Below are positions 1 to 7,824 of a stretch of 32,000 bases of DNA, piece after piece. Location of the stretch: positions 31,669 to 63,668 of the IMG/VR virus record IMGVR_UViG_3300013426_000021; one strand, 5' to 3'. Made by a program: the position numbers and the translations under genes. Under the pieces are notes generated by a model. The model was not told the DNA's origin, made no database searches, and saw only the letters and a list, made by a program, of their open reading frames with translations. Position 1 is the first letter of the stretch, and each line of letters starts with the position of its first letter. Source of the stretch: a virus.

Positions 1-1851
1 TTCAGTGGCCTTCTCGCGCTCAACCTGATTGAGCCCCATGGTGTAGCCTTTGGCGTACATATCCCAGACTGGATCATCCGGCGGGCACATGGCGAGCAGT
101 TCGTTAACAGAGGGGAGGGGGATATTGGCGGCCTTGTAGGCGGCGGTGTTGATGTTGACGACGGTGACGGAAAGAAGATCGTTTTTTAGATATCCGTATC
201 GATCCGCTGTCGCCCCGTCGATAAAAGCGGCATAAATAGTTCCCTTCTTGCCGGTTTTGCTATTGATACGATAAAGCCCAATTTCCCGGCGGATATCCTG
301 ATCGGTCAGAAGATAGGAGCATGGGCTGGGGGAGATGGAATCGACCATGCCAAGATATTTATTGGACATGCGCAGCTGCTCATGATACTCCTTGGGCACG
401 TAATCGAACGGATCGATGGCTTCGCGGTCTTCATCGTCTTCGGCGTATTTTACATCAAGCTCATACTTTTTCAAGCTGTCAGAGATGGCGTTAGCCGTTT
501 CGAAGGCGACGTTGGTAGAACGGCAATACATCTTCCAGGCGGAAAGCCGTTTGAGCGTGCCAAAGGCGACCATCTGCGCGCTATGCCACTCGCCCATGAC
601 CTCGGCCTGCGCTTTTTCAAACACCTCAACGTTGCCGCAGTTCAAATCCAAATCCGGCATCTGACCGGTGCTCAGGCGCTCTTTGGAAATAAACCGGTCG
701 GGGTACATGGTGACGGGCATCTTCAAGCGATCAACGGAGGAGAAGCCGAGAAGCATATTCGTCAAAAAAGATACACCCGACCCCCTTCCAGATTGGGTTA
801 ACACCCCGCCTTCCCGCTTGGCAGTATCGACAACGCGGTTATCAATAAGAAAATAATCCGAAGTGTTGGTACCGGTAACGGCGTCTGTCTCATACCGGAT
901 CGCTTCTTCGTATTCCGGCCAGCGCTCCTGCGGCACTTCAGCTTTATACTGATCCCACGCCTGATGTACAAGGTCGAGATATTTTTGATTGCGCTCTTCC
1001 TGCGTCATGTCGGGATAAGCCGCGGGGAGCTTGCGGCGTTTACCAAACGAGACATCCTCAAAATCCAGGAAGACGTTTGTGTTTTCCATCGCTTCATTAA
1101 TCTGGGCGACGGACAGAACGCCCTGCGCCTTGAACCTGTCGAGCAAATGCTTTTCAGAGGGATAATCCATATCCCAACCCTCTTCATCTTCATATTTAAG
1201 ATGATGGGACTCAAGCAGCTGATCGCGCAGTTTGGAATCCTCCGGGTAAATGAAATGGGAATCGGTTGCGGCAATGAGCGGGATGTTATACTTGCGATAA
1301 AGATCGAGCACGAGCCGGTTGACATCCTTCTGCTTATCGACGTTATGCGCCTGAACCTCGAGCATGAAGCTGCCGCGGAAATGATCGTTCAAGAGCGTAA
1401 CGAGCCGTTCGGCCTCCTCCGCGCCGTACTTCCAAATACCGCCGACGCAGGCTGTGGTAACGAATACATCCTTCGGATCGAGGGCCATGAGCAGATCCAG
1501 ATCGACGCGGGGGCGATAGTAATAGCCGGTGATATTCGCTTCGGAGAGCGCATAATTCAAATCGCCGACGCCTTTGCGCGTCTTCGCTGCCAGAATGAGA
1601 TGGCAGTTGGATTTGTCTTTTTCGAAGCGGTCCTTGACGAAATAGGCTTCGGTAACATAGCGCCACTTCAGGCCATACTTTTCAGCTAGCTCGGCGCACT
1701 CCCAATAGTTGCCCTGCGTGCCATGGTTACAGGAGGAAAGAACCGTCTGGTTCAGTTCGACGGCGCGCCTGGCGTAATCCTCCATGGTGGCGACGCTGTC
1801 GGCAAGCATGATATTGGAGATGTGATCATGTTTATGATAATTGACGTACAT
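1..1851 (-). CDS. dnaE: DnaE-type DNA polymerase III alpha-like replicase, N-terminal 617 codons (C-terminus lies beyond window start)
   Basis: Frame is open from ATG at 1851 (GGAGGT RBS at 1855-1860) to position 1. It is absent from the ORF track because there is no stop in the window. Hand translation gives MYVNYHKHDHISN (PHP-type His/Asp motif), TGQMPDLDLNCG and YGYLKNDLLSVTVVNI, which resemble the DnaE PDIDxDF and GLLKMDFLGL motifs. Confidence 0.8.
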   Translation of the reverse strand, partial: MYVNYHKHDHISNIMLADSVATMEDYARRAVELNQTVLSSCNHGTQGNYWECAELAEKYGLKWRYVTEAYFVKDRFEKDKSNCHLILAAKTRKGVGDLNYALSEANITGYYYRPRVDLDLLMALDPKDVFVTTACVGGIWKYGAEEAERLVTLLNDHFRGSFMLEVQAHNVDKQKDVNRLVLDLYRKYNIPLIAATDSHFIYPEDSKLRDQLLESHHLKYEDEEGWDMDYPSEKHLLDRFKAQGVLSVAQINEAMENTNVFLDFEDVSFGKRRKLPAAYPDMTQEERNQKYLDLVHQAWDQYKAEVPQERWPEYEEAIRYETDAVTGTNTSDYFLIDNRVVDTAKREGGVLTQSGRGSGVSFLTNMLLGFSSVDRLKMPVTMYPDRFISKERLSTGQMPDLDLNCGNVEVFEKAQAEVMGEWHSAQMVAFGTLKRLSAWKMYCRSTNVAFETANAISDSLKKYELDVKYAEDDEDREAIDPFDYVPKEYHEQLRMSNKYLGMVDSISPSPCSYLLTDQDIRREIGLYRINSKTGKKGTIYAAFIDGATADRYGYLKNDLLSVTVVNINTAAYKAANIPLPSVNELLAMCPPDDPVWDMYAKGYTMGLNQVEREKATE

Positions 1852-1885
1852 AATACCTCCACCCCTTGTTATTTCAAATGAAACA

Positions 1886-1894
1886 TGATATACT
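1886..1894 (+). promoter_or_regulatory. extended -10 promoter (TGATATACT) for the 1928 gene
   Basis: TG-n-TATACT lies 34 nt upstream of ATG 1928. The same TATGATATA-type box recurs upstream of three other plus-strand cassettes. An alternative TATAAT at 1900-1905 is too close to the RBS. Confidence 0.5.
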
Positions 1895-1927
1895 TTGTTT
1901 ATAATGCACGAAAGGACTTGAACGACA

Positions 1928-2833
1928 ATGGTAAAACGATTTGCGGCAGTTGCGCTGAGCATTATGCTTCTGCTTTGCGGCATCGCAAACGCGGAAACGC
2001 TGAAGATGCTGGACACGGGGGACGAAGTGCTTGCGCTGAAAAAGGCGCTGATGGCGGCGGGATATCTGGAAGCGACAGAAGAAACGACGAACGTATTCGA
2101 CAAGGCGACAAAGAACGCCATCGAGGAGCTGCAGAAGGATTTTGAGCTGGAGGAAACGGGAATTGCAACGCCGGAAATACAGGTGATCTGTACGCTGTTG
2201 GGAAAACTTACGGAAACGAAATCAACCGCCGGACAAGAGGAAGCAGATGCCGACATGGTAGTTATGCCGGATGTTTACGGCATAACAGCAGAAGACGCAG
2301 CAGAAGCATTGAAAAAGCTTGGCCTCTATGTTATTTTTACGGAAAGATATGACGACTCGCAAGAAGGAACGGTGTGCTATACCGGTTGTAAACCCGGAGA
2401 GAAACTAAAAAAAGGAAGCAAGGTAATTGTGCGCGTTAGCAAGGGGCCTCGCAGGATTGAATCCAAAGCCAGCACCATTACCTGGTGGCACGTGAAGGGG
2501 TCTAATAGTGATGATTACGAATTTGAAAATCCTTACATTTACGAAGATACGCTCATCATCAAACTTGACGTGACACTCAACTCTGAATACAGCCTGCGTT
2601 GGCGGGGATATGGCACAGCCTGCATTACGGACAGATTTGATAAGACCGTTCCGATAGAGGTAAAGTATGAAAACGAGCAAATCAAAAAGGGCGAAACACA
2701 AGCAGTCACCCTAAGAATCCCTCTGAGAGACCTCGACGTTAAGAAGCCGACAACCTTATCTGTCGAGCTTCAGCTATACCGCGGTAAACAAACCCCGACG
2801 CAAATCCGTCTGGATTTCACAATGACATGGTAA
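1928..2833 (+). CDS. secreted protein with PG_binding_1-like domain, PASTA domain and an unassigned beta-rich C-terminal domain
   Basis: N-terminal signal peptide MVKRFAAVALSIMLLLCGIANA|ET. LDTGDEVLALKKALMAAGYL...ETGIATPE matches a peptidoglycan-binding repeat. VVMPDVYGITAEDAAEALKKLGLYV...GSKVIVRVSKG matches PASTA. AAAGGA RBS, TAA stop. Opposite strand to the backbone. Confidence 0.8.
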   Translation: MVKRFAAVALSIMLLLCGIANAETLKMLDTGDEVLALKKALMAAGYLEATEETTNVFDKATKNAIEELQKDFELEETGIATPEIQVICTLLGKLTETKSTAGQEEADADMVVMPDVYGITAEDAAEALKKLGLYVIFTERYDDSQEGTVCYTGCKPGEKLKKGSKVIVRVSKGPRRIESKASTITWWHVKGSNSDDYEFENPYIYEDTLIIKLDVTLNSEYSLRWRGYGTACITDRFDKTVPIEVKYENEQIKKGETQAVTLRIPLRDLDVKKPTTLSVELQLYRGKQTPTQIRLDFTMTW

Positions 2834-2858
2834 ATGAAAGCACAGCACAAAATGACCA

Positions 2859-2893
2859 TTGACGTTTTGCGCTCCGGCGATGTATGATATAAA
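2859..2893 (+). promoter_or_regulatory. sigma-A type promoter of small gene P1
   Basis: TTGACG (2859-2864), 18-nt spacer, then TATGAT (2883-2888), overlapping TGATATAAA (2885-2893). The homologous box sits upstream of paralogue P2. Confidence 0.55.
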
Positions 2894-2937
2894 TGATATC
2901 CGAGGTAATATTCAGTCCCTCCCAAAGGAGAATGAAT

Positions 2938-3183
2938 ATGAAAAAAGGTATCATTATCACGCTCGCGCTTGTTACATTTCTTGTAGCTGTTTTCAGCTTT
3001 GACATTCCGGCAATATCCGCGCTGGGTATTGCTTAGGCGCTGGAAACATTCCTGCGCAAGTGGGATGGCGCAAGTACAGCCTGTTTGATCGTAAGCCTTT
3101 TAGGAATGTACTCTTCTCTGTTTGGATGGATCGGCGTCGCCCTTGCTGCGCTTGATCTATACCAGACATAGAGGAAACGATGA
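2938..3183 (+). CDS. small 2-3 TM membrane protein P1 (holin-like size), readable only if TAG at 3034 and 3169 is translated
   Basis: GGAG RBS 7 nt before ATG 2938. Product: MKKGIIITLALVTFLVAVFSFDIPAISALGIA-TAG-ALETFLRKWDGASTACLIVSLLGMYSSLFGWIGVALAALDLYQT-TAG-RKR-TGA. The segment after the first TAG is conserved in frame with P2. A terminator follows. Confidence 0.6.
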
Positions 3184-3197
3184 AACAGGCGGAGAAG

Positions 3198-3224
3198 AAG
3201 CCCCCCACGGGGCTTTTTCTTTTA
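3198..3224 (+). terminator. rho-independent terminator after P1
   Basis: Stem AAGCCCC/GGGGCTT (7 bp, loop CCAC) followed by a TTTTTCTTTT run. Confidence 0.7.
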
Positions 3225-3247
3225 TGGGCTGGAATAAACAGACAGAA

Positions 3248-3258
3248 TATGATATACT
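3248..3258 (+). promoter_or_regulatory. extended -10 promoter of small gene P2
   Basis: TATGATATACT (TG-a-TATACT). The 5' leader GATATCCGAG..AATATT.AGTCCCTCC..AAAGGAGAAT is conserved with the P1 leader. Confidence 0.5.
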
Positions 3259-3309
3259 ATCATTGATATCCGAGAAAATATTTAGTCCCTCCCCGAAAGG
3301 AGAATAAAT

Positions 3310-3567
3310 ATGAACAAAGATATCAAAACCAAAGCTGCGCTGTTCTTTGCCGCAGTTAACGTACTGCTGGCGATTGCCGGTCTGTTCTTCCCGCTCGCGT
3401 CGTTATAGACGCTGGCCTGGGCGCTGGCTGGCTTCCTGCAAAAACAGGACGTCGAAACCGCATGCTGTCTCATTGTGGGCCTTTAGGGGATGAGCTTCTC
3501 CGCCTTTGGATGGGTCGGACTCGGCATTGCCGTTGCCGCCCTGATACTGGCGCGGAAAGCGCAATGA
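3310..3567 (+). CDS. small membrane protein P2, paralogue of P1, with in-frame TAG at 3406 and 3484
   Basis: Same RBS spacing as P1. Product: MNKDIKTKAALFFAAVNVLLAIAGLFFPLASL-TAG-TLAWALAGFLQKQDVETACCLIVGL-TAG-GMSFSAFGWVGLGIAVAALILARKAQ-TGA. The first TAG is codon 33, as in P1. Many synonymous differences versus P1 occur downstream of the TAG. Confidence 0.6.
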
Positions 3568-3577
3568 GACGAAGACG

Positions 3578-3609
3578 GAGCCTTGCTACAAGCAGGGCTC
3601 TTTCTTTTT
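3578..3609 (+). terminator. rho-independent terminator after P2
   Basis: Stem GAGCCTTGC/GCAGGGCTC (9 bp with one G-U) followed by TTTCTTTTT. Confidence 0.7.
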
Positions 3610-3642
3610 GCCAATGGCCATTTTGTGCCGTGCTTTACAGAG

Positions 3643-4842
3643 TTAATTTTTCAATTCGACGAGATACTTGACGGTCGTCTGGCATTCCTGATAGACGATG
3701 ATCTCGTCGTTGCGGAGCATTGCCCCTTCATGCGCATGCAGACAGTTCGCGCCAGGACATGCGGCCTGAAGTTTTTCATAGTCGAAGGAGTTATAAGCGC
3801 CGGAGAAAGAATAAACGTCGTACGGTTTGCCGTAGGCGACCTCATACAGTCCCATAAAAGCGCTGTTCTCACTGCCTTTAGCCCAATAAGAACCGGAAAG
3901 GGAAGTGTAACCAAGCGACTTGCGCGCCTTTGTGGCGAAATAGATACCGTAACCGAACATCTTGCCGGTGATAACCGCGTTGGTGGGCTTGAGAACAAGG
4001 CCGCCGGTGAGGATGGACCACCAGTTTTCATTGCGGCTGCCATGCCAGAGCAGCTTGGTAGCGATATGAGCAGGCTCGACATAATTATCGAACGCCTGCT
4101 GGGTACGAAGGTTCCGAACCCGCCACGCCTGACGGAATTTATCGGCGCAGGAACCGAGGCAGGACTTGATTTTAATGATGTCTTCGGGCGTTGCTTCTTC
4201 AAAGACAAGACCGTTCGCCTCGAGGACGGTCTGCTGTACTGGAGCAGTATCGACAACTTTTACCGGCTGCGGGACATAGACCTGACCGCGCATAATATCC
4301 AGCAGATCCTGTTCTCGGCGGATAATATCGCCGAACTGGTCGACCGAAGTGGCCAAATGAGAGCGGACGCTGGCCATGCGGCGGGGAATAATGCCGAACA
4401 ATTCCGACAACAGCAGATTAAAATCATTCAAGCTGCGTTTATCAACCAGCGCGTTCAGCATGAGCTGCGCTTCATCGACCATCGCCATAGTGACCTTGTT
4501 GGACGAGATGGTGTAGTTCTCCGCAACCGCCTGCCGCGCCATTTCTCTCAGCCGGCGGACAATTTCAGCGATGGGTTTCTGCAGGATCGGCCGATAATCA
4601 TCTGTAACAGGCTGTACTTCAATCAGGTCTCGCACAAGCCATGTACGATCAACATACCCTTTGGAAAGCTTTTCGTTGTATTTCTTCTCCCAGTCCCGGA
4701 GGGAGTAAGTCCGACGCTGCGGGCTTGCCCCCACACGACCGTAAGCCGCTTCCCAGACGGAGCCCATCGGGGTCATATCATAATATTTATTATTGTTGGC
4801 GTCGGCGGATATTTTCACCAGCCGCCGCGGTGTGTATTCCAT
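3643..4842 (-). CDS. WGR-domain poly/mono(ADP-ribose) polymerase (PARP1-3-like H-Y-E catalytic domain)
   Basis: N-terminus NNKYYDMTPMGSVWEAAYGRVGAS...KGY matches the WGR domain. A helical middle region follows. The catalytic domain has LLWHGSRNENWWSILTGGL (His), KMFGYGIYFATKARKS (Tyr) and NDEIIVYQECQTTVKYLVELK (Glu). ATG 4842 overlaps the upstream TGA (TGATG). Confidence 0.85.
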   Translation of the reverse strand: MEYTPRRLVKISADANNNKYYDMTPMGSVWEAAYGRVGASPQRRTYSLRDWEKKYNEKLSKGYVDRTWLVRDLIEVQPVTDDYRPILQKPIAEIVRRLREMARQAVAENYTISSNKVTMAMVDEAQLMLNALVDKRSLNDFNLLLSELFGIIPRRMASVRSHLATSVDQFGDIIRREQDLLDIMRGQVYVPQPVKVVDTAPVQQTVLEANGLVFEEATPEDIIKIKSCLGSCADKFRQAWRVRNLRTQQAFDNYVEPAHIATKLLWHGSRNENWWSILTGGLVLKPTNAVITGKMFGYGIYFATKARKSLGYTSLSGSYWAKGSENSAFMGLYEVAYGKPYDVYSFSGAYNSFDYEKLQAACPGANCLHAHEGAMLRNDEIIVYQECQTTVKYLVELKN

Positions 4843-5297
4843 CACAGCGTATACACCACGATATCGACGCGCGTATCATCAAACGTTTCGAGGATCAGCT
4901 CACGAACATCATCCCAGTTCAAACGATCGAGCCCGCAGCCGATGCGCGGCATAGCGAGACGGGTGATTCCACGCTCCTGAATATGCCGGCGGAGATCGAA
5001 CAGAGCGGCTCCAAGCGTTTCAAGCGTGGGTTTTTCATAGCACCGTTCTTTGGTGACGAGGTTATAAACATCCAGCACGGGGAGCGCGCAAGGCCCCCAG
5101 CCTTCAAAATCATACTCGCCGTACATCTGGCGAAGCTTTTCCTTCATATCATACTGGGTATCAATCTGCCTGGCGACGCCAGCGCCCAGAGCAAAATCCG
5201 CGCTGATGCAATGCACAAGCGCCCAGCCGCGGGGCGCGCTAAGCAGATCGCCTTTGATTTCAGAGAATGTCAATTTCGGATTACAGGTTTCGCACAT
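4842..5297 (-). CDS. TARG1/OARD1-like macrodomain ADP-ribosyl hydrolase
   Basis: 151 aa. KGDLL...LVHCISADFALGAGVA, LVTKERCYEKPTLETL, MPRIGCGLDRLNWDDV and C-terminal IVVYTL are nearly collinear with my recollection of human TARG1. GGAGG RBS. Confidence 0.85.
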   Translation of the reverse strand: MCETCNPKLTFSEIKGDLLSAPRGWALVHCISADFALGAGVARQIDTQYDMKEKLRQMYGEYDFEGWGPCALPVLDVYNLVTKERCYEKPTLETLGAALFDLRRHIQERGITRLAMPRIGCGLDRLNWDDVRELILETFDDTRVDIVVYTL

Positions 5298-5312
5298 ATC
5301 AATTTCCTCCTG

Positions 5313-6623
5313 TCAATAATAGCTGACTTCTTTGCCGGGCTCACGCAGATCTTTGAAAACCGGAAAACGGAGCGACTCGACGCCCGATTTATCCTGCGTG
5401 ACCTCAAAATACTGCACCGTAACGACCCGACCAATAAATTGGGACGGATTCGCCCAGACCTCGCGGCGGAAAGAATCCGTCATGCCGGAGCCGACACGGA
5501 CGGGATTGCCCTTAAAATCCACCACCAATGCGCCGAGCGTGCCCTTGAAGCGGCCGCCGCCTTCTTCGACACCGGTAATTGCAAGATCGCAATCCTGCAT
5601 GGCTTTGACCTTAAGCAAATTCCGGGTTCGCTTGAACTCATAGGGCGCGTCGAGCAGGTTGATCATCACGCCTTCATGACTGAGGCCGCGCTGAATTTCA
5701 AGATGGCGAAGGATTTCATTTACATCGCCGCCGACATAGAGGACGGGAACGGCCTTGATATGCTCGACGTCATGGACGATCGCTTCCAGCTCCTGCCGGC
5801 GAAGATAATACGGCGTGGTGCAGTCGTGGTTGAGAAAAACGCTGTAATCAACGATATCGAACGCGTTGAACACAATGCCGCGCTTTTCACCATCCCGGCG
5901 GACAATCTGCACGGTGTGCTTATACTGCTCTTTGCTGGGGATATTCTCCCTGTCTGCGATGAGCAGCTCGCCGTCAAGCACAAAGCCAAGCGCGCCGCCG
6001 TCAGTAAGCGTGAGAATATCTTCTTCCAATTCGACAAGCCCTTCGATAGGCTGACCCTGCCGGGTATAGAAACGGGGCGGCTTGCCCTTCTCGGCCACGC
6101 ACTGACAGCGAACGCCGTCCAGCTTTTCGGTAAGCGCGAACCGTCTGCCTTCAACCGCTTCGGGATGCTCGAAATATTTCTCGGCCAGCATACATTCATA
6201 CACGGGAATAACCGTGCGGCCAAGAACCTTGTTGACCGTCTTAGCAGAAATACCGAGCGGGATATCCTTACAGAGGAATCGAACAAGGAACTCGCGCAAG
6301 GCCGGGTCGGCTATATTGGCGAGCGTATACTGCAGTCTGGCGAGGACCTGCATATCTGCGGCGCGCAGGCCGGACAAATATTCGCACATGGTAAAAAGAT
6401 CATCCCAATATGAAGCCAGCGTGATATTCAAATTTTTCTCAAGCGACCTGCGCTGAACATGAAAGACGACCATAGGATCGAGCAGAAGCTTCAGGGCGGA
6501 AAACGCCGCAGGACTCTGGGCGCAGGCCAGAATTTCCGGCTCTTTCGCCTTGCCTCGCGCGGTTTGAATCGCATCGAAGCAAGGCCTGATTTCGTGAAGC
6601 TGAGATTCAAGAGTGAAAGACAT
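5313..6623 (-). CDS. lig: ATP-dependent DNA ligase
   Basis: Motif I EKLDGVR, plus LDGELL, FNAFDI, EGVMIN and LLKVK, with an OB-fold-like C-terminus. Start set at MSFTLES (ATG 6623, AAAGGAA RBS). The 100-codon upstream extension in the ORF track has no coding character. Confidence 0.85.
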   Translation of the reverse strand: MSFTLESQLHEIRPCFDAIQTARGKAKEPEILACAQSPAAFSALKLLLDPMVVFHVQRRSLEKNLNITLASYWDDLFTMCEYLSGLRAADMQVLARLQYTLANIADPALREFLVRFLCKDIPLGISAKTVNKVLGRTVIPVYECMLAEKYFEHPEAVEGRRFALTEKLDGVRCQCVAEKGKPPRFYTRQGQPIEGLVELEEDILTLTDGGALGFVLDGELLIADRENIPSKEQYKHTVQIVRRDGEKRGIVFNAFDIVDYSVFLNHDCTTPYYLRRQELEAIVHDVEHIKAVPVLYVGGDVNEILRHLEIQRGLSHEGVMINLLDAPYEFKRTRNLLKVKAMQDCDLAITGVEEGGGRFKGTLGALVVDFKGNPVRVGSGMTDSFRREVWANPSQFIGRVVTVQYFEVTQDKSGVESLRFPVFKDLREPGKEVSYY

Positions 6624-6925
6624 GATGTATTCCTTTCTTGATTGATGTATAATTGCGTTATGCGGCCAGAGGCGAGGGAACCCATTTCGCACGATACGTT
6701 GAAGGGAAGGAGGCCACAGCTTCAAATGGAGAAGATAGTAACAATTTAGAACATTATTCTGATTGTGCTTCAGCTGATTGCAGCTGCGTTCGAGTTGGCT
6801 AAACCACAGGACACCGCTGTGACCATCCATGTTGAGGGCAATAACAACAACGTTATTGTCATTGTCAACACTGGGATGAAGTAACAACCGCCAGTGATGA
6901 CGCGCCGTGTTACTTCTCCGGCGCA

Positions 6926-6958
6926 TAACGCAAAAGGAATTGCGCGCGAATCGCGCAA
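6926..6958 (-). terminator. rho-independent terminator after the PAPS-reductase gene
   Basis: On the minus strand: TTGCGCG-attcg-CGCGCAA hairpin (6940-6958) followed by TTCCTTTTG. Confidence 0.55.
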
Positions 6959-6963
6959 GGAAA

Positions 6964-7824
6964 TTACACAGATAAATACCAGGCCATTACCTCTTCAGGC
7001 GAAGACCACAGATCGTTCGGCAAACCACGTTCGTCCCGCGCTTTCAACATCCGGTCGAACGCGCGAAGATACGCTTCTTCATATTTCGGATATCGTTCAA
7101 AATCGCGCTGGCGATTTTTTACGGAGCCCATCGGGCAACCGATACAGCCGAGCCGGCCATAGCCTTCATCATACAGACGGCAATGCGGAACCTGAACCAC
7201 ATCGTTCAGGAAAGACCAGACTTCCTCTGTCGACCAATCGATGATGGGGTTGACGAGCGTTTTCATGGTACGATAACAAACTTCCACCATACGGCGGGAC
7301 GAATCGTTATCATCGTTCAGGATGATACCGCCCTTCGAGCCTTCATGGAAATCGATGCCGCGCGTTAACGCAATCCGTTTCGCCCTTGCGGGCTGCTGGA
7401 GGATTTCCACAGAGCCGTGCATGGCGGCGCGGCGAGGGCTTTCCGCCCAGCGGACGCCCGTTATTGTAACACGCCCCTACCCGCCGGACTCTTTCAGATC
7501 GGCACAGCAATACCGCGCGCTCCGGGACGGCGGCTTGCCAACGGCGGGAATCAAATTCCACATGGTGATCGGGTTTCCGGCCGCGTTATACGGGATTTCC
7601 CGCGCTACGTCAGGATAATGATCCCGAATGAAACGAACCAGTTCAGGCGGGTCCACGCTTGTGACGCGATAATGCGCATCAAATTTAACGCCGGCCATTT
7701 CGCACAGATGATAAACGCATTGAGAATCTTTGCCGCCGGAGAAGGCGACATAGTACCCCTCTTCGGGCTCGAAGGTACGCAGCTTCAGGAGCGCCGCGTC
7801 GATTTTTCTCTGATCGATCATCAT
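6964..7824 (-). CDS. PAPS reductase/PP-loop family protein (phage DNA-modification-type), single reading frame interrupted by in-frame TAG at 7477-7479
   Basis: Track ORFs 7477..7878 and 6964..7422 are in the same frame. PP-loop AFSGGKDS, then ...RYCCADLKESGG-TAG-GRVTITGVRWAESPRRA...CIGCPMG. The conserved GxRxxES motif lies directly after the TAG. Start ATGATG at 7824 overlaps the upstream TGA. Confidence 0.7.

Noticed and set aside
382-1689. Plus-strand ORFs 382..801, 416..664, 668..856 and 964..1689
   Set aside because: They are antisense shadows of the DnaE-like gene. They have no RBS and a junk-like composition, while the minus frame is open across the whole region and carries polymerase motifs.
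3583-6413. Long plus-strand ORFs (465 aa and 590 aa) overlapping the PARP/macrodomain/ligase genes
   Set aside because: The opposite strand encodes three proteins with clear family motifs. The plus ORFs are Arg/Gly/Ala/Leu-rich, which is typical of antisense frames in GC-rich coding DNA. The same reasoning applies to 12661..13686, 13759..14310, 15791..16594, 16431..17444, 18070..18705, 21199..21954, 23573..24307, 27997..29085 and 29608..30702.
6624-6926. N-terminal extension of the ligase ORF. Similar over-extensions occur at 25466..25657, 12792..13007, 17505..17564 and 29559..29684.
   Set aside because: Internal ATG or TTG starts with good GGAGG-type RBSs lie at positions consistent with family N-termini. 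The extensions overlap upstream genes, terminators or promoters and lack coding character.
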